This document shows positions 54,011 to 64,000 of a stretch of 64,000 nt of DNA, piece by piece (position 1 is the stretch's first letter; each line of letters starts with the position of its first letter). The DNA is taken from positions 45,880,001-45,944,000 of the forward strand of contig OZ260663.1 of the NCBI GenBank assembly GCA_965285935.1. The letters are read 5' to 3'. The notes below the pieces were generated by a model. That model was not told the origin of the DNA, made no database searches, and saw only the letters and a program-made list of their open reading frames with translations. The position numbers and the translations under genes were made by a program. The stretch is from Ophelia neglecta. Lineage: Eukaryota.

Positions 54011-54563
54011 GCAAGAGTAAACAAGAAAAGACTGAATTCTTAAAAGTTGCATATATCCATTTATTTCGGTGGTGCAAATACAACACAATTGAATATCATA
54101 AAAGCCAATTCAATTATTATTACTGAAAAAAACACTGACACAAGTGAAAATTGTCACAATAGTTTTCCAAAATCAAGACCAACCCTATGCATACCATTAA
54201 GCACTTATTATTATTATAACTTCAACAAATATATTCAAATATTCTTACATGAAAGTATATTGCAAGCTTAATATACATCAATCAAAACCTTTAACAATAA
54301 AAGGGGATAGCTTTTCAAATTCCAATGAAAAGCTAATTCTTGTCAAATGATCATTTGAACTTACATAAGAGTTAATAAATGATAATATTTACATGCTATT
54401 GGCATTTGGCAAGGCCAGAAACTAGGTTGTTGAGACATTCAACAAGAATATGTACAAGAGCATAGTATGTACAGGAATGTGGTGTAGGGGTGGTTAACAG
54501 ATGAACATGTCAGTAAGCAATGTATGGATGCCAAGCGGAGTACATCAGACTGAGAGGAGATTA

Positions 54564-57500
54564 TCACTGGTCCGTGTCGTTGATGTCGTCCGAGTTCGGA
54601 TGGACTTCTTCCTCAGGCATGCCCTGAGAGATGTGAATGGTCTCGCCGTTTTCGTTCACCACCTGGATGGTATCAGACAGCCGCTGGGACATGGAGACAG
54701 CCACCTGAAGGCCATCATTTCCATCTCCACCAGGGTGGAACTGCTGAAAATATACAACATCAACCGCAGAATTAGATCAACATATCAGGATATGGCCTGT
54801 CTAGCCAGACTGTTTTTGGAATGGTTGCCTAAATCTGTATGTGTTTCAGTGATTTTTATACTAAATATGTACAGTAGAATTGTAGGAACCCCATATAGTT
54901 AATATCTTTGTGTAATTTGACTCACCATGACTTGGTCTCCCTGTAGTATCTGTATCTGGTGTGTCTGCTGTAGCTGGGCCACCTGTTCAGGTGTGGCGTG
55001 CAGCACCTGGATCTGTCCTCCAGCTCCGTGGAGAAGTTCAGCTGCCGTCGCCCCCGACATAACACCGGCTTGGCTCATGTCCACCTCCGCCTACCAAGAG
55101 AAATTGTATTATAACCAAATATGATGGTGTTTGATCTGATTCAAGGAGTGTAGTGACAGAAGGCAAAGGTGGTAACAAACAAGGACACCTCGGGCATAGA
55201 ATAGGTGATAATGCCTCTATACCTATCGGTATTCCAATAGATTTGGTTTTACACTTCTCCATAAGTGTTTAAACATGAACACAGCACTTACAAACTGATT
55301 TAACACAACACTGAAATTGATTATCAAAATGCATATTTTGACTTACACAATCAATATTTATTAACTCAATCATTTGTACTACAATAAACAGACTTTGCTA
55401 ACCTCTTGTATATGGAGCTCTGATTCGTCTTGCTGGAGGGAATCGTCTGACTGACCACCAATCTCGTGGACTTGGTGCACAGTGCCGCCGGGGCTCTGCT
55501 GGACATGGAGGTAGGTTGGTGGGGCCTTACCTCGGAACGCCTTCACAGTTAAAGGGAGACCTCGCATTTTTCGACGGAATGCTGTCCTACACTTGGAATC
55601 TATATTTTGCTTAATTCGATGCCAGTCCGTTTCGGATACACCAAACTTATGTATTAAATGACCTACAGAGAAAAACAAAATAAGGCTGATTAAAGCAAAA
55701 TATAGATACCAAATACAACATGAAACAAATTATATAGAAAGCCAAGGCTTCCAAATTGTTATTAGTATCGAGATATTGAAAATAAAGACTTACATCTGAT
55801 GCCATAGATCATGAGTGGGTCAAGTTGTTTCTTGCCATGCTTGCCCAATCCTGACAGGTTGGAGGATGCTTGAGTCTCCCGGTCAAACAAATAGTCAAGC
55901 AAGGCAAGAGCCATCTTCTCGGGAGTTCTACAGTTTGAATGTATGTGCAACAAATCGCTGAAATGTTAAGTGAAAAATAGATTGTTAATAAGTCAAACAT
56001 TTCAGGATTGTAGTGTAACATATTTAGAGTATACTGCCTTGTAAATCATAATTCCTTATTAATTATGGATATAACTGACCTTGGAGTGATTGGAATCCTG
56101 ACACGCATTTCAGGGTTGTTTTCATCGCCCAGCCAACAACCATCAGGGTAATCCTCTAAAAATAGAATGTACTTGAATTGTATTATTTATAATATTCCAT
56201 AGCATTATTTATTAACAATGATTTGGTTGGGATTATATTTCACATGAAATTGATGCATTTTTCAATATGTATGGAGGGCTGAGGAAGGGAGAGCAGAACC
56301 ATCGAGAAAGCAAACTCTGATTAAATGGGGGGGGGGGGGGGGGGGATCCTATATCAACACACTATCTATATTTATACTATCATATATTAAACCTTTGACA
56401 CATTTATCCTGAAGAATCCCTGCTGTAATGCACTATTTATGGTTACAATGATGAAATAACATTATATACATGTCCCGGGGTAAAACTGTAAACAATTCAG
56501 CACTAAAAGGGTAATGGTCAAATCTCAAATAAGGGTTACATTTTTAAGAGAAACAATTTTGAAGCTCTAAACCAGGTTTCAATATCAAACATAAACAGTT
56601 AAAAAAATCAAACTTCCTCTCATTAAATTATTAAGAACATTAAGGAATAAATAAAAAGCAACCAATAAATTTCCATTGAATTGACCCTTTGACTTGATAT
56701 TTCAATGGCAGTACTAGGAGTGAACTCTGCCTGCACCACACACTACATCAACATGTGAGTAGACTGATCTGTTGGGGGACCTAATCCACATGTCATACAC
56801 TGCACTGATTTATATGTACCAAGTAGATGGAGCGCAAAGGTTTAGCTGGTCTTAATGAGTGCAGCCATTGTCAAAGTCTCACCTTCTGTGTTCAAAGTAA
56901 TGAGCGTGACATTTGATCCCAAATTCTGTATGTTAGAATCAATGCTGTCTGGACTCAAATTACCAGGCCCTGCAAAAATGTTTAGAGAACTTGATAATGA
57001 TAACCATATACATCTAGTACTACATATAAGATGGAATGTATCTAGACATAAGCAGTTACTACCAAGGAATGATTAACAAAATACAAAAGCATATTGCAAC
57101 CAGTACATTTAACAGAAACAGTTGTTTTCTATAAACACAAGGTATGCTACATGCCCAAACAAAACACTTAATATCATTAGATACTTTCAATTCTTTGATC
57201 AATCTTTCTATTAGCAAGCTCCAAAAATTATACCGACAACACAGATAGACGAAACACTTTACAAAATAATATATTCTTTTAATATCAGGCAGGGGTTTTT
57301 TCTTTTAAAATTTAAATAAAAAACTACTAAATGCAAAGTGCTCAGAACCTCTTTGCCAGTGATTTGCTGGGTTGTATGTCCCAAATGGTTAAACTAGATA
57401 GTAGTCTATGTGGATCGAAGTCGACTTGAACAGTCGAGCGACGCCTAGCGTAGGTCGGACGGATGACCCGACTACATAATGCTTCCAGACCCTTCAGGGC

Positions 57501-60500
57501 GGAGGCATAAAAAGGTTCAGGACATTTTAAATGTTAGGGAGTTTCATTGTTTTGGGCCTTTTAACAATCTTTGCTCGATTGGTGCACTTATTTTGGTTTT
57601 GCTTCACTAGATATCTTCATTTCTTACTTTTTCTTGCACAATAGCTACATAGGTGACTTCCATTAAGCAATCTATATAACTCCCTATGATTCATGGTGGT
57701 ACAGTTGTCATGAAAAATGAGCTGTTTTTGGTGTACATAGCCCAGGCACAACCAATGTCTACATGTGCTGGTCAAGCAAAGGGAAAATTATCATAACATT
57801 TGTATCAAACCATGCTGTCACAACATGCCCTTAGTCACAAGGCATTTTGCATATAGCTCGGTGACAAAAATGATCAGACAATTGTTCACTGGTCTTTATT
57901 AATCAGAAACTGTACATTTCAGTTAGAAAATATCCAATTTTCAGCAAAAACAATATTTTCAACATTTTCAATTTGATGTCATTACTTGACTCCTTGCACT
58001 TACATGTATATGACATGCTATTTCAGTGATCAAACATTTGGTAGTCTATCTTGCCCTATCAGACCACTAGACGGGCTTGAGTTTTTGCAGTTACAGGGTA
58101 AAAATTGATCTAGGTTACTATAATATGTATATCACAGTATATGTCAAATGGCCACCCCTCACCAAAATAAATGATAATCGCCATGTGACATTGCCGAAAT
58201 GCATATGTTCTAAGATATGAGAGGAATCAAATTACTGTTGTCATGCCCACATGTCCATAGTAAAGGGGCCAAAGTAATAGCACAGTGCACAATTACCTAC
58301 TGAGGTACTTGTACCATGATATTATGCTATGGCTCTTATTCATAGTAGGTGAGCAATAGATAGGCTGAGGGTCCATACGAATTTAACAAATTATAATTTG
58401 TCTTCACAAATTTTAAGTTTACCTTGTCTATAATCAAGAACTTGGATCGCCCCTGATCTTTCACCAGAAGCATCTTTCAATAAACTTCTTTGTGACCCTA
58501 TTCAAAAAATGAAAACCCTATAATTAAAATTTTTGAATTGCACCAAATAAAATCCTGCTTTTTTTTGGAAATTAATGGCTTCAAAGAGGTCAGATGCACC
58601 TTTTGTTACAGATATTCATGGTTGAACGTGTGGAAGTGAGTTTCAGTAGCCCAAGTTGCTAGTTCTGGTGCTAAACAAATAAGGATGTTGCAAGTCTAAA
58701 TTCAACTATTGTAATACTAGACACTAACATAATGATCTTTAAAATAATACTAGTGATCCAGAAACCTTTAAAGAAGGCTGAGTATTGATGTTTTTATACT
58801 AATTGTTGCTATTATGTGGATTGTAGGTATATAATAAATTATAGCAGACAAATGTAAACCATCACATTTAACACCAAAAAGCAAAGCATTCATTTAAACT
58901 TAAACAACATATAATTTACAAATACAGCAACTAAAACTAAGGCAAATAAAAATAAAAGGAAAATATAAATAAAATATACAACTTTAATAATCTATTATTT
59001 AATCTATTTTAGTGACTAAATGAGCATAGTCGGGTAACTAGTTCTATCCAAGACATTGCGCTGTCAATTATAGTGAATCATTTCAATAACAAAAAAATGG
59101 CCTCACATGCTAATACTTACCCCCAAGAATGCCAGCCAAAGCCTCTTTTGAATCCTCATCTAAGGATGAAACGTGGTGAAATTAAGAAATTTTGTTAACA
59201 ACAATCAACTTTCCTAACTTGCATTTTGTTCCATTTAAAACAAATTAAATGAAAGCCATACTACAAATCAAGAATGCAACTTTGCAAAAATTGTCTTAAT
59301 GCGGATTTCGAAAGTAATCAGATTGATACACAATAAACACTAAATGTGATGGCTAAGTGATGTACAAGTCTTTTCCTGCCCCTACGATGCCGCTAACATT
59401 AGGTTTAGATTTGGAAATTAAAAGAAAGCCAAACAAGTTACCTGTTGTCAGTTTATTTGACGGGATACCCACAATGACAGCATTACTCCTTCTCCCAGTG
59501 CTTCTAAAATAAAACAATAGAAATATACATAAGCTTAATGTATCAAGTCTATGACAAGCTTATATAACAACATAAGCTCACAATTCCTCTCATTCTCACA
59601 GTAAATTTCAAGGCTTGCTAACTATTAAAGTCATAATGGTTGACTAGCCCTGTTCACAAAAAATGCAGACAAGTTAATTTCCACATTAAGGGAATCCATG
59701 TAGATGTTTACAGTAATGTCTAGTCTCAACTATACTCATCTATATTGGGAAATGAAATTAGACTTACACAGTCTTTGTACCAGGCACTGTTTGCTGGCCA
59801 ATCATGCTTGAGTTCTGTCGAATGTGGCCTACCATCTGTTCCACCTTTTCTTCGAGGAACTTTGTCCGCAAACTCACCGTTTCCAACTTGTTTTCTATGG
59901 CATCTAGTCTCAAGCATATTGCTTTGTTTATATTGAACAATATTTGCTGGAATTTGAAAGTGAAGCATCCAATTTTTAATGTTTTACTGGAATAATGTAA
60001 ACAAGACTTTTACATCAGAAACATCTCTTAATCAACATGATTTGAGTAGGTTTTTAATCCACATGCTATTAAATTATTGAGTATCATGTCATACCAATAT
60101 CAAAATAAAAGTGAAATTTAAAGTCCTGAACTAATTTTAGATTTGTGGTTTTCTCAAGAACCCTTGTGCTCTTCCCAATGCTTTCATGTGTAACAGGAAA
60201 CATGCCTAATAATACACCACAGTCCAAACTGACGCAATACACTTTTTTTCTTAAACCATTATCACAACCGAAGACATGCCAAAACAGATTTTCACCAGAA
60301 CAAATGTTTGCTGCAAAGTGACTTGAGTTAAGGAAATTGGTAAGTTACCTTAATTGATAGCGTTTGATTCTGATCCAGGCTCTCCTCCTCTGCTGTTTTC
60401 TGCCGTTTTGCAGGAGGTTCTCCTATCCCAGATGGCGAAGTTGATATGTTCAGGGTTCCATCGGCTAGTAGGAGATCTTTAAAAGAAATTTGATTTTGAA

Positions 60501-62206
60501 ATAATACTTCACATAAATTTTGCATTGAATTACCAGTATACAGAGTTCCCACATTCCATGACTTTTAATCAATTTTCCAGATCTTTTTAGCTCTGGAGCA
60601 ATGAATGAGAAGTTTTGCTGATTTTTTAATTTAATAGACAACAGCTACTTTTTACTGGTAAGATATTAGCTATCAGATGAGACATATATGAAAAATACAA
60701 TTTATTGTTTAAAAAAACATTCAGTGGTCTTTATTGTAAAAGTTTGTGTATGATGACTTTACCGCAAACACTGAAACAAGATACACTTTTAGTATTAATC
60801 ATGGCATTTATGCCTTCCTAGTATTTCTTTTACACATCTAAATTGATTGGATACCAAATAATTGGTCCAAGTATGCACTGGGACCCCAAATTTACATTAT
60901 AATAAAGACTTTTTAACCCCATGTTTCCAACCGGAAGTGCCAACCCTTATTAATCACCATGATAACTTAAAAAGCTTCATCCCACACTGGCATATCAGTC
61001 TGCAGGGATAATTCTGCTACGCAGGATTGCAGCATTGATTTTAAAAAATCCCCCATTCCCCATCCCATAGGCACGGGAAAAGTCAGGGATGGAAATTAGC
61101 ATTCGCCCGTTCACCATTGGCTAATAAGTTTAAGACAGGGCTAATAAAGTGTCCAAACTATTAGCCCTGATGGCTAACAACATTTGACAGATCATTACCA
61201 ATAAAATGTCCTCAATATTAGTGGTCAAAATTAGTGGCTGCCTTTCTCCACAAATAAAGCAACTATTCAGGCCCTTTATAGTTATAGAATGCTCAATTTA
61301 AAGGGCCAATTAAAACAAATGTATGTATGTGAACATGCCAAACACAGTCTTCAATTATTGGCTAATACAATGTTTTCAGGGCTTATACTTTCCAGGTGTT
61401 ATTAGCCTAGATGACTAATGCTTAATTTTTGTTAATTTCTGTCCCTGAAAGTGCGCTTCGTTTCCCAGGGTAAGACCATGTGTAAAGACTGTGCGAAGTA
61501 GCACCCCGGGCTTCTAGTGTGTCACATAGTCCTGAAATTTGTCGATACCAATACCCTATCATAATCAGAGGACACCCGCCACTGTATACATGAACACGAT
61601 GCGCACGAAAGTGGATTCCGGGTTTTTACAAGGCCAGGTTTTGCTCGCGATCTCTAATGGGACACTACTACCTTAGTACTACTGCTGCCACTGCTGATCT
61701 CACTTCACATATCACATTTTCTTTGCGGGGCAAAGTATGCCACCAAAAATGTGTCTTAGGCCTGACAAAGGCCAGAAAGTGCTGTCTACACTTGGAATTT
61801 TAAACAGAATAATTTATATGTGTGATTTTTCAACATTTTATTTATTCGAACATCAAACGGCATATTATAGACCATTAGAATATGACTGACAATGCATCCC
61901 CCATTGCCTCGAAAAATGCCCCATTGACAAGGTCAGAGATGTGGGCAAATACCCCACTCTGGCCACAACCTAGAATTATCCCTGAGTCTGGTACAAGAAA
62001 AATTCCAGGACTTCCGAGGATTTTCGGGAAACCTGTGCATACAAATACTTACAATCATTTAATGTTTTTTAATACTTGCCGTTCATTTGATATATAGTCT
62101 CACCTTGCCCCTGGATGGGGGTGATATGTACAGCATCGACCAGAACCTGGGATGTCATTCCATTGCTATCAGTTACATTTGACACTGCTCCTGACACTGA
62201 GCTCAT
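54564..62206 (-). CDS. BANP: Protein BANP / SMAR1 (BEN-domain DNA-binding protein), ~480 aa, 11 coding exons
   Basis: Exons (minus): 62206-62104, 60476-60349, 59946-59768, 59503-59442, 59159-59121, 56969-56883, 56155-56080, 55957-55794, 55662-55403, 55090-54926, 54743-54564. All introns are GT-AG with consistent phases, total 1443 nt. Diagnostic BANP segments are the coiled coil SIKQILFNINKAICLRLDAIENKLE, NVTLITLNTEEDYPDGCWLGDENNPEMRVR, and the BEN domain NCRTPEKMALALLDYLFDRETQASSNLSGLGKHGKKQLDPLMIYGIRCHLIHKFGVSETDWHRIKQNIDSKCRTAFRRK. A probable non-coding exon 1 ends at 62997 (donor GTAAGT). Confidence 0.95.
57391..57513 (+). mobile_element. Short Helentron-associated (HINE/DINE-like) element fragment in a BANP intron
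   Basis: Begins AAACTAG, has a GTAGTC/GACTAC subterminal inverted pair and a CGGACGGA microsatellite seed, and ends in the hairpin ATGCTTCCAGACCC-TTCA-GGGCGGAGGCAT followed by an A run. It is CpG-rich relative to the intron. Confidence 0.45.
61084..61447. mobile_element. MITE with CAGGG...CCCTG ends (364 bp), hAT-like, within a BANP intron
   Basis: TIRs CAGGGATGGAAATTAGCA and TGTTAATTTCTGTCCCTG (15/18 match). Subterminal GGCTAATA/TATTAGCC repeats. Flanked by a direct AAAGT repeat (61079-61083 and 61448-61452). Confidence 0.75.
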
Positions 62207-62996
62207 TTCATCTGAAAGAAATGAAGGACAAATACATACAGGGAAATGTCTGGTTTGAGGCTTGAATGGGGAACTTTATCCCTCTTGGAGCTGATGTAAA
62301 TGGGGATTATGAAAAAAATTGAATTGGGTTATAGAATAGTCCTAGAATTAAGCAAAGCAACTAAGTTTAATGAATACCAGTTGAAATAAATTTTCACAGA
62401 ATAACTTGCATTCATCATTATATATATACATACGCTTTTTAGTTGCACAACTAAATTGGGTGCTAACATTGTTTAGTTTTTAAGGGGGAGGGGGGGAGGA
62501 GTTTCAAACTCTAACTCAAGAAAACTTCATTGTTGGTTCATGTCCAAGCCCTTGTATACATTCAGACAAAGTGTCACAAACATATTCCTGTGTACTAGGT
62601 GTGGGTCATGCGCTTCTAATCGCCTTGTGCTATTTTCGTTGGTCCTGATATATGTGATACAAATTCCCTTTCCGTGTTCACTTAAGCACTCGTTTATACC
62701 CTAGATAGCAACATTTTTATTCGTTTATTCGTCCTATAATCAGATAATGCTGTCGTGATATTATATCCATACCCGTGCAGATACTCGTACAGATAACATA
62801 TTACATTATGTTGTGAACTCAATAACACCCCTACATGACTTTAATAAAGCAGACGACGGAAATGTCCGATCGAAATCCAGTCACAAATGGCAGGTAAATT
62901 CCAGAGGACAGAACCAATTTCACAGTAATACTGCATCATAGAGACGCAGGGCAAATATTCATTTCATGTCTTGGCTTCTTGGACAGTTAAACTTAC

Positions 62997-63707
62997 CTAT
63001 TCTGATAGGAATGGAAAGTTTGGCGCTGAAAAACTTGAAATATTGGGTGAAATCACGTCTATTTCTCGACTCGCGATAATGGCGTCCTGTGTGCGGTAAA
63101 ATGCGAGAAAGAGCGATAGTGCGCATGATCGGTGCGTTGATAAGTTAAACTTCCTCCCTGAATAAGTTGTTTGACACCGTTTCCAATGTCGAAACAATTA
63201 ACCGCATATTTTCATTCTATCGAGACAATTAACCGCATATTTTCATTCTAGATATATACAACTGTAGTTGTGCCTAGTTGAAAGGGACAAACACCTTCGT
63301 CTATATGCATATGCTTGATCCTCCAATCCTAAATAGCCCTTCAGATAAATATTTACAGGGGGTGCAAACGGTTGTTAGCAAAGTGAGACTCCGTGACTTC
63401 TCACGTTATTTAGGTCATTGTTGCCCTCAGCCAGTTAGCCATGTGCACGCGGTACGCATGCTCATGGAAGGCTGCAGATGATGCGACTGTGGTCACGGTT
63501 CAACGAGTGTCACTAGCTCTGATGACTGGAACATGTAATGGGGAAAGGGCCAAGACTTAGGGATTAAGCCTTGATGAAGACCATTTAAAACTTTGCCTAG
63601 AAATTGTACAGTGTCAACGAAAATATAGCCCGAGGTTAGGGTTTCATACTTGCTTTGGACCTGGATTTTATGTCTGAGTATTAAAGATCGGTACATTTAA
63701 TAGAAGT
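62997..63707. promoter_or_regulatory. CpG-rich bidirectional promoter between BANP (minus) and POGLUT2/KDELC (plus)
   Basis: Head-to-head genes with CpG-rich intervening DNA. ACTCGCGATA (BANP-motif-like) at 63069-63078 abuts a YY1-like AATGGCG. NRF1-like TGCGCATG at 63120. Minus-strand donor at 62996. Confidence 0.6.
63189..63250. repeat. 31-bp tandem duplication in the BANP/POGLUT2 promoter
   Basis: TCGA(A/G)ACAATTAACCGCATATTTTCATTCTA occurs twice with one mismatch. Confidence 0.9.
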
Positions 63708-63958
63708 ATGATGGCACTGCGAATGAAAACCCTTCCCTTCCTAGCATGTTTTGTCTGTCTGCTCCATCCTTTGAAAGCTGACATCTCTGAAGGTTCTGAG
63801 CGATCCCCCGGAACAGACCCATCGGAATCGGGTGAAGCAGATCAGTCTCGTGAAGTTAGTGGCCCTCATTCTCTTATTTGGGGTCCAGGACTTAAACCTA
63901 ATTTTGTTGTTCCAGCCAGATACTTCTTCATTCAAGCTGTTGATGAGACTGGCGTGAA
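63708..63958 (+). CDS. POGLUT2: Protein O-glucosyltransferase 2/3 (KDELC family), first coding exon; gene continues beyond the window
   Basis: Signal-peptide-like N-terminus ([24 protein letters not shown]) is followed by [25 protein letters not shown], the start of the filamin-like domain characteristic of KDELC1/2. Donor GTAAGT at 63959. Confidence 0.85.
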
Positions 63959-64000
63959 GTAAGTTGAACTTTCATTTAGCATCTTACTAAGAAGTCTCCC

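Noticed and set aside
54501-54902. 133-aa plus-strand ORF
   Set aside because: Antisense to the last BANP exon, with no independent support.
31428-56345. Scattered long G/C homopolymers (e.g. 31430, 31719, 38162, 43029, 56327)
   Set aside because: Simple low-complexity runs with unreliable assembled length and no specific function supportable.

Overview
AT-rich, intron-containing animal genomic DNA, probably a lophotrochozoan such as a mollusc (inferred from gene architecture and repeat types). I reconstructed five protein-coding genes by hand with phase-consistent GT-AG exons. (1) A Friend-of-GATA/U-shaped (ZFPM) gene on the minus strand, 7842-30558, ~1162 aa, with an N-terminal MSRRKQ NuRD motif, a PR-like domain, a PLDLS CtBP motif and 10 zinc fingers. 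(2) A divergently transcribed C2H2 protein with ~21 fingers, 32123-37620. (3) An UNC-93-like MFS membrane protein, minus strand, 40430-45569. (4) BANP/SMAR1 (BEN domain), minus strand, 54564-62206. (5) The first exon of a KDELC/POGLUT2-3 gene, from 63708. Mobile DNA includes two head-to-tail non-autonomous Helitrons with G-rich internal repeats, a tRNA-derived SINE, several MITEs, and Penelope-like remnants carrying minimal hammerhead-ribozyme motifs. The most notable observations are these. The order BANP - large zinc-finger gene - FOG mirrors human 16q24.2 (BANP-ZNF469-ZFPM1). The FOG introns and a distal intergenic block are densely packed with GATA sites, suggesting a GATA-to-FOG feedback regulatory block. 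The BANP promoter carries a near-perfect copy of BANP's own binding motif. All motif counts are by eye and no searches were run.
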